Shown: positions 1 through 8,869, numbered from the stretch's first letter. The stretch: DNA of 64,000 nucleotides from an uncultured Bacteroidales bacterium (GCA_964592225.1 CAZQCO010000010.1:142-64141), one strand, 5' to 3'. The notes: generated by a model not told the origin, from the sequence alone. Translations and numbers: made by a program.

Positions 1-45
1 TTGTCGTTATCCGTCATCTGATAGCTAAAATGAAAATTAGATAAA

Positions 46-471
46 ATGAAAAATTTAATGCTTATCTCTTTGTTAATTTGTACTTTGTCTTCTTGTACAA
101 AGGACGAAAAATTTGATTCTAAACAATATCCTCAAAAATGGCAGCTCATAAAAATGACTGGACAGATACCTAACTCTGAAACAACAGGAGCTGACATGGA
201 ATGGCAAGAATCCTATCTGCTAAATTCAGATGGCACATTTACTAAATCTAGAGAACGAAGCGGTATATTGACGGAGGTATCTGGAACTTTTGTGTTTAAA
301 GATTTATCTGATGGAAAATTTTTGGAACTAACCTATGAAACAGATAATGATATAATAGGAAGTTGTTATGCAGATCATACTGAAAGCCTTTGGTTAAAGT
401 CTGAAAGCAAATTAATGGGAACGTGGTCTTATTGTGATGGTCCTGGATTAGAATATGAAAGAGTAAAATAA
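46..471 (+). CDS. Putative lipoprotein, function unknown
   Basis: 141-aa ORF. The N-terminal signal peptide ends in a lipobox-like LSSC. No catalytic motif recognised. Confidence 0.55.
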   Translation: MKNLMLISLLICTLSSCTKDEKFDSKQYPQKWQLIKMTGQIPNSETTGADMEWQESYLLNSDGTFTKSRERSGILTEVSGTFVFKDLSDGKFLELTYETDNDIIGSCYADHTESLWLKSESKLMGTWSYCDGPGLEYERVK

Positions 472-489
472 ACTGCTTAGAACACGCTG

Positions 490-717
490 TATAGCCAGTA
501 AGGAGTTCAGTGGTCTGCGAAGCGTAGTAGCCCGCTTAAAAGTTTGTAACGATGAATACAAATGCAGCTCCGCAATCCTTTACTGGCCATACCACTGAAA
601 CGTCAGACTGTCTAATAACCTAAACTGATGAATTTAAAATTCGGATACCTGTATGTAACTTTACAAGAACATGAAAACCTCAGAAAGTTTAGAAAAGTTT
701 TTAGACTAGCTGACGTT
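490..717. other. Intergenic segment with three long-range complementary pairs (candidate structured RNA or decayed repeat element)
   Basis: A (490-504, tatagccagtaagga) pairs with A' (576-591, tcctttactggccata): 14 bp, 1 mismatch, 1 bulge. B (506-514, ttcagtggt) pairs perfectly with B' (591-599, accactgaa). C (599-615, aacgtcagactgtctaa) pairs with C' (701-717, ttagactagctgacgtt): 8+5 bp around a small internal loop. No ORF is present on either strand. Confidence 0.3.
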
Positions 718-746
718 AGCGGCAATAGTTTTCGCAGTTGCTAACT

Positions 747-1949
747 CTATTCATCCGAACTATCATTTCCTTCCCGGGTAACGTTTGATTTCAGGTGCGC
801 ATTGCAAAGATTGATCATCTTCAGTGCCCATTGTATTTTTTCTTCGTCGGCCATTTTCAGTACCAGTTCGTAATATTTCAGAAAGTACTGTCGTGCCTCG
901 TTGTATTCTTCTTCGCGGGTGAGGGCCACTCCCAGTTCGCTGTATATTTCGGGTAGTTCCTGGTCGGCAAAGGATGCGGCTTTCTTCAGGTACTTTATTA
1001 TTTCCCGGTTTGATTCGGGGGTGTTGGCAATTTTCATATATATTTTTGCTTTCAGCAGGTAATCGGTACTGTTGGCAATCTGATACCCGGCCAGCAGATT
1101 AATATAATCGAGCGATTTTTGATAATGATAGCTGTAATATTCCTGCCATGCTGTATAAGCAATTATCCCGGCCGTGGCATGGATAAGTTCATAGTCGTTA
1201 AAGGGTACAAAACCGGAGCTATTTTCGTACTCATTGATAAACCGGTCTGTAATAAGCTGTACCCTTTTTTTAGTATTGGCCGAATAGATAGCGCCTAGTT
1301 GTCCCAGTTCCGAACCGGATTCACTATTGGCATTATCCAGGTTACTGTCGAGCAGGACATGTGCCACAGCTTCAGACATAATCCGAAACAACTCGCGTTC
1401 GCTGGTGGTTTCAGCAATAAGCTGGCTTGAGATGAGCAGGGTGCCATTATCAAAAGCATAACATACTTTCTGGTCGGAATTGAGGATCTTGACTGTGAGA
1501 AACTGATCGCGTCCTTTCCAGATCTGCGGGTAGTGGATTCGTTGCACGATCCGTTGCAAATAATCTTCGGCATATTTATCGTGAAATATTTTTTTCTCCG
1601 ATTCCAGTTTGGCTAAATAATTAAGAGTTTGCTGCTCCAGCTGTTTTCGCTGTTCAGGCTGCCAGCCTTTCCTGCTGATGGAATAGGAAGTGTAATAAAA
1701 TTGCTGCAGCTCCCAAAAATCCACTTCATCGAATAACAGCCGGATGGCGGAGGAAGGAATCATTCTGTCCGATTGTTGTAAGCGATAATACAAGATCTTC
1801 TCATTCGGATTTTCGTGTGCACCACAAAATGTTAGTGTATCGCCTTTCCGGGTTGTTTCCGTATTTTCGAGTACTACACCCTTCATGCACACCTGGGCAT
1901 TGCCTGTCAGCGAGGCAAAAATCATTATAGTAAAAACAAGGTATTTCAT
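747..1949 (-). CDS. Secreted M48-peptidase-like protein with degenerate active site and C-terminal TPR-like repeats (BepA-like architecture)
   Basis: 400 aa with a signal peptide (ASLTGNAQ). The segment YAFDNGTLLISSQLIAETTSERELFRIMSEAVAHV follows the M48 core pattern as I recall it (NAFA..GG.I.V..GLL....EL..V..HE..H). The HExxH position reads EAVAH. The C-terminal ~150 aa are helical-repeat-like. Confidence 0.6.
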   Translation of the reverse strand: MKYLVFTIMIFASLTGNAQVCMKGVVLENTETTRKGDTLTFCGAHENPNEKILYYRLQQSDRMIPSSAIRLLFDEVDFWELQQFYYTSYSISRKGWQPEQRKQLEQQTLNYLAKLESEKKIFHDKYAEDYLQRIVQRIHYPQIWKGRDQFLTVKILNSDQKVCYAFDNGTLLISSQLIAETTSERELFRIMSEAVAHVLLDSNLDNANSESGSELGQLGAIYSANTKKRVQLITDRFINEYENSSGFVPFNDYELIHATAGIIAYTAWQEYYSYHYQKSLDYINLLAGYQIANSTDYLLKAKIYMKIANTPESNREIIKYLKKAASFADQELPEIYSELGVALTREEEYNEARQYFLKYYELVLKMADEEKIQWALKMINLCNAHLKSNVTREGNDSSDE

Positions 1950-2077
1950 TTTCTACAGATTAAATATTAACCAGTCTAAGCCTCAAAAACAGTGCCGCGG
2001 GCGATGATAATACTTTAAAACTAAACAAGAAGCAACTGTATTTGTTAATCTGTTGCGTGACATTTTAAAAGATTGTT

Positions 2078-2713
2078 GTGAGACATTTAATTATAAAGGC
2101 ACTACACCGCAATGAAAGCTTTCTTGCCGAGGGAGTGGAAAAATTAATTACGACACTTCAGAATTCGGGAGCTATAGTAAATGTGAGAGATCTGTACGAT
2201 CAGAGTTTTCAGCCCGTGTTGAGTAAGGATGATTTTGAAGCACAGAATAAAAATCAACTTCCGAACGATATTATTCTTGAACAGGAGTATATCCGTATTT
2301 CAGACATTCTCTGGGTAGTATTTCCTGTTTGGTGGACCAGCATGCCGGCTATTTTAAAGGGTTATATCGATCGGATATTCCTTAGTGGCTTTGCCTATAA
2401 CATGCAGGAAGACAAACCTGTTGGATTATTGACCGGTAAAAAAGCAGTTATACTGAATTCGATGGGTATGTCGAAGGAAGATTATTCGGATTCCGGTATG
2501 TTTGATGCGCTCCGGCTGACAATTGATAAGGGGATCTTTGAATTCAGCGGGATTCAGGTACTGGAACATCGTTATTTCACTTCTATAATGTCGGCAACGG
2601 AAAAAGAACGAAATACCTACCTGAATGAGATTGTTGAGTTGGCAAACAGACTCTCATCTGCAACATATACTCATCTGAGAACTTCGGAGAATAAAGCAGC
2701 ACAAATCGGATAG
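2078..2713 (+). CDS. NAD(P)H dehydrogenase (quinone) / flavodoxin-like-fold FMN reductase family
   Basis: 211 aa with a GTG start. The N-terminus (LIIKALHRNESF) and the segment WVVFPVWWTSMPAILKGYIDRIF are typical of the NQO1/MdaB-like Flavodoxin_2 family. Confidence 0.75.
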   Translation: MRHLIIKALHRNESFLAEGVEKLITTLQNSGAIVNVRDLYDQSFQPVLSKDDFEAQNKNQLPNDIILEQEYIRISDILWVVFPVWWTSMPAILKGYIDRIFLSGFAYNMQEDKPVGLLTGKKAVILNSMGMSKEDYSDSGMFDALRLTIDKGIFEFSGIQVLEHRYFTSIMSATEKERNTYLNEIVELANRLSSATYTHLRTSENKAAQIG

Positions 2714-2759
2714 TGAGATAATATGGCAATTATAACTTATAAATGTTGAAGATATAACC

Positions 2760-3461
2760 ATGGAAATTATAAGGGCAGACGAACGAGGCTATTTCGATCA
2801 TGGATGGCTGAAAACATACCATACATTCAGCTTTGCCGATTATTATAATCCTGAAAGGATGAATTTTGGCATGCTTCGGGTGCTTAACGACGATGTTGTC
2901 GATGGACATCAGGGTTTTGGACTTCATTCGCATCAGAATATGGAAATCATTTCCATTCCTTTGACCGGGAAAATGGAGCATCAGGATTCTACGGGCAAAG
3001 GCGGAATAATTGAACCGGATGAGGTACAGGTTATGTCGGCAGGTATCGGAGTGCAGCATTCGGAGAAAAATCCGGAAGCAGAGACTCTGAATTTTTTACA
3101 GATCTGGATATTCCCCAATACCCGGAATGTAAGGCCACGCTATGAACAAAAAAAATTTGACCAATCCGGGTGCGAAAATCAATTTCAACTGCTGGTTTCA
3201 CCCAATTCAGCGAAAGGAAGCCTTAGGATATACCAGAATGCTTTCCTTTCGCGCATTACTATTACAAACCGGAAGCCTGTCAGCTATACTCCTTATGACA
3301 CTGCAAATGGTGTATTTTTATTTGTACTGGAAGGTAGTATTCAGCTTGACAATATAACATGCAATCGTCGCGATTCCTTACTTCTTAAACCCGGAGAAAC
3401 CCTGGAAGTTATTCCTTTCAGCGAAGCCCGGCTACTTGTTATCGAGGTACCCTTTTCCTGA
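2760..3461 (+). CDS. Pirin family protein (cupin)
   Basis: 233 aa. Contains RADERGYFDHGWLKTYHTFSFADYYNP and the metal-binding motif GFGLHSHQNMEIISIPL, characteristic of YhhW/pirin proteins. Confidence 0.9.
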   Translation: MEIIRADERGYFDHGWLKTYHTFSFADYYNPERMNFGMLRVLNDDVVDGHQGFGLHSHQNMEIISIPLTGKMEHQDSTGKGGIIEPDEVQVMSAGIGVQHSEKNPEAETLNFLQIWIFPNTRNVRPRYEQKKFDQSGCENQFQLLVSPNSAKGSLRIYQNAFLSRITITNRKPVSYTPYDTANGVFLFVLEGSIQLDNITCNRRDSLLLKPGETLEVIPFSEARLLVIEVPFS

Positions 3462-3559
3462 GAGTACCTGAATAATTTTTTTCTATTTCTCTTGTTGAAC
3501 ATTTTCCCGGCAGCTAAAAATTTCATAATTTGCATAGCAGTAGAAACGCTTACTAAAAA

Positions 3560-3988
3560 ATGACCCTATTTACCCATCGACCAAATCAGGTAAAAGCATT
3601 TCTGAAGCTGCTTTTAATACTTTGCTTAACATTTGCCTGTCACTCACAAAGAAGGACTATTGCCATTGAGGTGAATGAAAACTTCGATGAGTTTTATTCA
3701 AAATTTCATACCGACAGCCTTTTTCAGATACAACGAATCATTTTTCCATTGGAAGGAGGTAGATACGATTACAATACCGAAGAAACATGGACACCCGAAA
3801 ACTGGTGTATAAAGAAAGTCAGCGTTTACCAGGTCGATTCAGCAGAGTTTTCCGTCGAATTTAATAAGAATGATACCTTGGTCTTTGAACGGATCTATCT
3901 TCCTAATTCAGGTTTTGATTTTCAGTGTCGTTACCGGCTCATCAGTGGAAAATGGTACCTGGTGTATTGCCTCGACCAGAATCTTTGA
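3560..3988 (+). CDS. Hypothetical secreted protein or lipoprotein (possibly DUF4348-like, from memory)
   Basis: 142 aa. A hydrophobic signal sequence ends in LTFAC. No other motifs recognised. Confidence 0.5.
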   Translation: MTLFTHRPNQVKAFLKLLLILCLTFACHSQRRTIAIEVNENFDEFYSKFHTDSLFQIQRIIFPLEGGRYDYNTEETWTPENWCIKKVSVYQVDSAEFSVEFNKNDTLVFERIYLPNSGFDFQCRYRLISGKWYLVYCLDQNL

Positions 3989-4063
3989 AATAGCTGATTC
4001 TAAAGTCCGACAATTCTCTTACTATCAATATCTCATTCTTAATTATTCATTCATAATTAATAA

Positions 4064-5344
4064 TTAAAAATACTGTCCCCATCCTACTACCAATCCTCCT
4101 TTATCGCGTTGGAGTATATCAAATCCGTAGTCGATGGTTAAAATGGCATTGTAAGCTTTTTTATAAATAATACGCAGACCAGGGCCCAGGAATAATTGTA
4201 CGGGTTCAATATCGGTCGGATTTAAGGAATTTTCAAATAGTTGGGAGATCAAACCGGCATCGGAGAATGTCACAAGCTGAATTCCTGCGAAACGATTTTC
4301 AAAACAGGTGTACCTGAATTCCGCATTGATAAGTGCCATAGCATTCCCACGGAAAACGTGGTAACCTATACCTCTGAAAGAATAATAACTGTCGGCCAAA
4401 AAAGGATAAAATGCTTTTTCTTTTTCGGATGAAATACCTGCCATAATTCGCAAAGCAACATTCCCTCTCTGTCCTGTGTGGGCAAAGAACTTTAGTTCAT
4501 CGTAAAAAGTTGCCACAGGATTATGATTGGAATTATAGGGCATTTGAAATGAAAGATTTACCAGGTTTCTCCATCCTTTGATATAAAAGTTCCGGCAGGT
4601 AAGTTTTCGTATTTCGTGCCGAAAGAAAAAAACCTGTGCTGAACGCTCAATATCAATAAGCGCTTCCTCTGTCGATCTGATAAAATTTATATTCTCAGCT
4701 GCCAGGCGCCGAAAAGAAGTACCCAATGCTATTTCATTCTCAAAACGAAATTCGTAACGGACAGCCAGACTCAGATCGAAATACCGGTTCAGAATTTGAG
4801 TACTATTGTCAAAGTTTTCAATGCTGGGTAAGTTTCGCAGTTGTAACTCGATACCCCATGGTGAGGCAAAAATATAGGGATTGCGAAAAATCAGGTGTAA
4901 AGTATGTCGCAAATTATACTGGTAATAGCCATAGGCATACATTCCCTTGCCGGCCAGGTTCGATTCCATAAGACCTCCTCCAATCCAGAAATTGTCCCGG
5001 GTAATACCAAAATCACCGACAGGCAGTAAGGTATACCGCTCGTTGATGGCATAGGTAAGCGATATACCGGAATCGGAAGCAACAAGAAAAGCTTCGGCAT
5101 CCATTACCGGCGCCAGATAGCGCAGCTTGCGGAGATCGTCGGCAATCTTTTGAGAATCGGGAACCTCTCTGGTTTCTGATTGTATGAACCGTTGAAGGTA
5201 GGAACTCTTTGTCCTGGTATTTCCTTCGAAATTTATGTCGCTTACGATATATTGTGAATGACCTGATCTGCCGGAACACATAATAACCACCAGCAGTATC
5301 AGGGATCGTATAAGCTTTATCCTATTTATTTCTTTATTAACCAA
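4064..5344 (-). CDS. Omp85/BamA-family outer-membrane protein with a single POTRA-like domain
   Basis: 426 aa with a TTG start and a signal peptide. It has a POTRA-like N-terminus (INFEGNTRTKSSYLQRFI...LRKLRYL). The beta-rich C-terminal domain ends in GLVVGWGQYF, an aromatic terminal residue. Confidence 0.7.
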   Translation of the reverse strand: MVNKEINRIKLIRSLILLVVIMCSGRSGHSQYIVSDINFEGNTRTKSSYLQRFIQSETREVPDSQKIADDLRKLRYLAPVMDAEAFLVASDSGISLTYAINERYTLLPVGDFGITRDNFWIGGGLMESNLAGKGMYAYGYYQYNLRHTLHLIFRNPYIFASPWGIELQLRNLPSIENFDNSTQILNRYFDLSLAVRYEFRFENEIALGTSFRRLAAENINFIRSTEEALIDIERSAQVFFFRHEIRKLTCRNFYIKGWRNLVNLSFQMPYNSNHNPVATFYDELKFFAHTGQRGNVALRIMAGISSEKEKAFYPFLADSYYSFRGIGYHVFRGNAMALINAEFRYTCFENRFAGIQLVTFSDAGLISQLFENSLNPTDIEPVQLFLGPGLRIIYKKAYNAILTIDYGFDILQRDKGGLVVGWGQYF

Positions 5345-5358
5345 ATCGCTTAACTGAT

Positions 5359-5388
5359 TATACAGATAACGTTTTTTCTCTCTGTATA
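5359..5388. repeat. Perfect 8-bp inverted repeat (TATACAGA-N14-TCTGTATA) between the 666-aa gene and the Omp85-like gene
   Basis: tatacaga at 5359-5366 and tctgtata at 5381-5388. The repeat lies in the 89-nt gap between two co-directional genes. No U-run follows on the minus strand, so it is not a classical terminator. Confidence 0.4.
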
Positions 5389-5433
5389 TTGAGTTCGCCT
5401 AAGCACCTTCCAACCGGTGTTCGCAGCTGAAAA

Positions 5434-7434
5434 TTATTCTGTTTCTTCAGTTCCCTTATCAAATAACTTTTCTTCGATCAGGTTCCCTTTCTCATCATAA
5501 TACTTCCAGGAGCCCTCGGGCAAATCATCTTTAAACCTGCCACGTACCTTAAGCGTTCCATCGGGGTAATATTCTTTAAAATTACCATGTTTTAACCCGT
5601 TTTTTAAATCGACTTCATAGTGTACTTTACCGTCTTCGTATAGTACGGTCATTTTCTTGTCATCGAGGTCGTTGATTACAATTTCCGGTTCATACCACAG
5701 AGGCTCATTCTTCGGAAGTAAACTTTCGGAGTCACTGATATTGAACAACTTCAAAAAAGTGTTGGTATCATAATGCTTCAGGAAGAAATCGTCGGTAATT
5801 TCTTCATATTTCGCTTTAATAATAAGGTGCAGGAGGTTGTCTTTATTATCGATCTGAATTCCAGCCTGGGAAAAATGGGTTATGTAGGGTTTGTTTTTAT
5901 TGAGCTTTTGCCAGGTTTCAGTGCCGACAAATGTTTTCAGGTTATTGTAAATGACCGGTACATCGATATAGGTATAGGCACTGCTTCTCCGGGCAAATTG
6001 CCGGGCAAAGTCGTTATATCGCATCGAATTTGCCAGGGTATTTCCACTCACAAAATCATCGATAATATTTTTTAGTGTTTGGGGATGGTTGCTGAAAATA
6101 ACATATTCATTTATTTGTGTAAAGTAGGGTTTTTCGATTTTTTCCAGCATTTTACCAAACAGTAATTTTATAAGGCCCGGGAACGAAATATAACTGATAG
6201 TATAACCCTGGTAAGGCACTGTTTTGACTTTTACCGGGGAATTTCTTTCAATCTGGCGGCAGATAAATTCCATATTCTTCTCAGGAGATCTCCTGTTTTT
6301 GGCTTTTATAACGGCAGCAAATTCGTTGTTTTTTCCCAGGTTTGAAGGCTGAGTTTGCAACAATACAATTTCATCACCAATCCAGCTTAGAATATTTTCA
6401 TCAACGCTAATCTTAAACTTTTTCTCCAGTTTCTGGAGGGTTTTAGTATAATCGTCATATTCTTTAGCATCAAGTTTATGTAAAGAGTTTTTAAAATATT
6501 CCGGAGCATCTTCGATACTTATTTTCAACATCGACGCAACTCTGGCCGGTATAACTTCCAGGCTCTTTAATCCTCCATTTCCGGCTTCCAGAATAGATGA
6601 ATAGAAACCGGGAGTCGAATTATTCACTCCGGTATAACCTTCAAGAATAATTAAACCTTCGGTAGTAATTGAGAATGAAAATGCCGAATAGGTCAGTTCA
6701 TTACTAAGTCTACTGATGCTTTCCGGAGTTTTGCCAAGTACCGACTCCAGGTAGGAAGGCAAGTACTTATAGCACAGGTAAACATTGAACAATCCTTTGC
6801 CTGAAATGCGTTTCGATACATCGATAAACTCAAGATCGCGACCGAGGGTCATTTTATCCGCTTCATCGAGCGATGCCTCTACTAACAGGTAGTTGGTGGA
6901 AAAGATCAGCTTTTCATGTACAAAGCTGAATATGTACATTTCGCCCGAATTTCGGTCGGACATTTCATAAATAAGCTGGCCGTTATACATGCGTTTGGTG
7001 ACGGGGTAGTCTTTTCCCAGCAACGAGGCTAAAATCTTCTCCGGATTGCGCAGACGGGTAATTTTACCCATATTAATTATATAAAGATAATCATATTTAC
7101 CCGGGAGGTATTGATGAATACTCATCATAACATTACGATGGCCAAGAGTCCGAAGTAAAAACATTTTATCGCTCAGGAGGGAATCCAGGTATTGAATTTC
7201 ATGGTTCAATTCTGCCAGGGCATCGATATTACTTACGGTTTTCCACGCGTTGCTGTGAATTATTTTCTTCCATGCATCGAATACTGCATCCGATTCAATT
7301 ATGAGAGATGCATTATCAGGTACATGATATATCGACCGATAGGATGATTTTCCCGAAAGGAAATAGCGATAGACCCCAAAAAGAATCCCGGCAATAAGTA
7401 CCAGGTAGATAAGTATACGGATAAACTTTTTCAT
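5434..7434 (-). CDS. Membrane-anchored DUF3352-like protein with C-terminal MORN-variant (YwqK-like) repeats
   Basis: 666 aa with an N-terminal hydrophobic segment (ILIYLVLIAGILFGV). Residues ~35-230 align by eye with the N-terminal region of the 924-aa ORF at 20680; shared blocks are I[QK]Y[LI]DSL, S.H and R.Y.G..IY. The C-terminal segment YEDGKVHYEVDLKNGLKHGNFKEYYPDGTLKVRGRFKDDLPEGSWKYYDEKGNL forms MORN-variant repeats. Confidence 0.7.
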   Translation of the reverse strand: MKKFIRILIYLVLIAGILFGVYRYFLSGKSSYRSIYHVPDNASLIIESDAVFDAWKKIIHSNAWKTVSNIDALAELNHEIQYLDSLLSDKMFLLRTLGHRNVMMSIHQYLPGKYDYLYIINMGKITRLRNPEKILASLLGKDYPVTKRMYNGQLIYEMSDRNSGEMYIFSFVHEKLIFSTNYLLVEASLDEADKMTLGRDLEFIDVSKRISGKGLFNVYLCYKYLPSYLESVLGKTPESISRLSNELTYSAFSFSITTEGLIILEGYTGVNNSTPGFYSSILEAGNGGLKSLEVIPARVASMLKISIEDAPEYFKNSLHKLDAKEYDDYTKTLQKLEKKFKISVDENILSWIGDEIVLLQTQPSNLGKNNEFAAVIKAKNRRSPEKNMEFICRQIERNSPVKVKTVPYQGYTISYISFPGLIKLLFGKMLEKIEKPYFTQINEYVIFSNHPQTLKNIIDDFVSGNTLANSMRYNDFARQFARRSSAYTYIDVPVIYNNLKTFVGTETWQKLNKNKPYITHFSQAGIQIDNKDNLLHLIIKAKYEEITDDFFLKHYDTNTFLKLFNISDSESLLPKNEPLWYEPEIVINDLDDKKMTVLYEDGKVHYEVDLKNGLKHGNFKEYYPDGTLKVRGRFKDDLPEGSWKYYDEKGNLIEEKLFDKGTEETE

Positions 7435-7452
7435 ATATGCTCAATCAGTTGT

Positions 7453-7460
7453 CAAATTTA
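7453..7460 (-). promoter_or_regulatory. Candidate Bacteroidota -7 promoter box TAAATTTG (consensus TAnnTTTG)
   Basis: The plus strand reads caaattta. The box lies 18 nt upstream of the ATG at 7434. Confidence 0.45.
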
Positions 7461-7524
7461 ATTTTAATTCGCACACCAGGTACCATTAAAAGAGTTACTA
7501 TTTCTGCTTTTGTAAAAAAGGCAT

Positions 7525-8163
7525 TTACTTTAAAAAAGCTACTGCGCGTACAGGAGAAGCATCGGACCGATTTATTTTCAGAGGGAAGCAGGCAAACAGC
7601 ACTTCTTCCGAATTAATCTGGTTCAGTTTACACAAATTCTCAACCAGTATAAATCCGCTTTTTAACAATATCTTATGGTTCGGTAAATCGATACTGTTCA
7701 ACGAATCGTACGACGGTGCGTCTATACCCACTCCGTTAAGAGGTAGCAGGGCAATATATTCGGCCGCTTCTTTGCTCAGTAGGGGATAATTATCAAAATA
7801 TTTTGAGATTGACCAATATCGATCCCAACCTGTATGAAAAAGAAGGAACTGAGGAATTTCTTTTTCTGATACCGAATTTTCCAAAAGTTTTCTTTCAATG
7901 ATACTATGGCCTGTACAATCGATTACAAGTGCTTTTCCGAAAAAAGCATTTATATCATAGATATCGAGGGTTTTGCCATTACCAAGAATATGGTATGGAG
8001 CATCGATATGAGTGCCGGTATGAGTAGAACAGGTTAAGCCGAATTCGTTATATCCATGTTTTTCTATTGAGGCAACATTATGTATAACAGGCTTTTCCGA
8101 ACCCGGGTATACGGTCATAGATTCACTTATCGTATGGCTCAGATCAATTATTTTCTCTGACAT
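7525..8163 (-). CDS. Cyclase family protein (kynurenine formamidase-like)
   Basis: 212 aa. Contains the HTGTHIDAPYH motif typical of the putative cyclase / arylformamidase family. Confidence 0.8.
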   Translation of the reverse strand: MSEKIIDLSHTISESMTVYPGSEKPVIHNVASIEKHGYNEFGLTCSTHTGTHIDAPYHILGNGKTLDIYDINAFFGKALVIDCTGHSIIERKLLENSVSEKEIPQFLLFHTGWDRYWSISKYFDNYPLLSKEAAEYIALLPLNGVGIDAPSYDSLNSIDLPNHKILLKSGFILVENLCKLNQINSEEVLFACFPLKINRSDASPVRAVAFLK

Positions 8164-8171
8164 GAGTTAAA

Positions 8172-8179
8172 TATCTTTG
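8172..8179 (+). promoter_or_regulatory. Candidate -7 promoter box TATCTTTG
   Basis: Matches TAnnTTTG and lies 36 nt upstream of the ATG at 8216. The TTG start at 8177 in the ORF track sits inside this box. Confidence 0.5.
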
Positions 8180-8215
8180 CAGGTAAACAATACAAAGGTG
8201 GAAAAACTCTCCGAA

Positions 8216-8392
8216 ATGCCCAATATTGGACATGAACTTGAAAAACGTCTTATTGATGTCGGAATTTCATGCCCGTTGAAACTGCAAGAAATGGGGAGCA
8301 TAGCTGCTTTTCAGCTTTTACATGCAGCCGACCAGCATGTTTGTATTAATATGTTGTTCGCACTCGAAAGAGCCATACGGAATATACGTTGA
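8216..8392 (+). CDS. TfoX/Sxy C-terminal (helix-hairpin-helix) domain protein, ended by a TGA at a position I recall as a conserved Trp
   Basis: MPNIGHELEKRLIDVGISCPLKLQEMGSIAAFQLL...CINMLFALERAIRNIR matches the TfoX_C pattern. The same frame continues after the TGA (8390-8392) as HKLEKNAKQELQFYYKEIKQSG up to the TAA at 8459-8461. Confidence 0.65.
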   Translation: MPNIGHELEKRLIDVGISCPLKLQEMGSIAAFQLLHAADQHVCINMLFALERAIRNIR

Positions 8393-8511
8393 CATAAACT
8401 GGAGAAAAATGCTAAACAGGAATTACAATTTTACTACAAGGAAATAAAACAATCGGGATAAGAAACGGTTATACTTTAAATAAGTTTATTTATTAGTGGT
8501 AGTTAATCGAT

Positions 8512-8811
8512 TTAATCCTCCTCATCTGGAGCATCATCGGCTATTTGCAGATTATCGAGATTTTCAAAATTATCAGAATCAGATTCACTATTATCATAAT
8601 CGTCATCTTCTTCCGGAGCAACAGATTTAGGCATCCTGATCAGATAGTATGTATCATCTGTTTCAAGGGGTAAACCTGATGCAAGTTCACCGGTGGCAGT
8701 CTGAAATGTAATTAAATTGTCTTCAAATCCGTCAGGGTAATTACTCTTGATGAGTTCAAGCATCTCAACTGACAACTGTTCAAACTTCTTGATTATTCTT
8801 TTTTTTACCAC
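8512..8811 (-). CDS. Conserved hypothetical protein with acidic C-terminal tail
   Basis: 99 aa with a GTG start. A globular N-terminal half (YPDGFEDNLITFQTATGE...TYYLIRMP) is followed by a D/E/S-rich tail. Confidence 0.55.
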   Translation of the reverse strand: MVKKRIIKKFEQLSVEMLELIKSNYPDGFEDNLITFQTATGELASGLPLETDDTYYLIRMPKSVAPEEDDDYDNSESDSDNFENLDNLQIADDAPDEED

Positions 8812-8869
8812 GTTTTTAAAAGAAAACGGTTAAACATAATTATTAAAGTTCTTTCTATGTTCGTCTGAC

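Noticed and set aside
8390-8392. TGA reassigned to Trp or Gly (alternative genetic code) as an explanation for the in-frame TGA in the TfoX_C gene.
   Set aside because: Well-conserved genes in the window terminate at TGA at their expected ends, for example pirin at 3459-3461, PBP1A at 40848-40850 and YraN at 56706-56708. None of the long conserved ORFs contains internal TGA. The standard code 11 applies.
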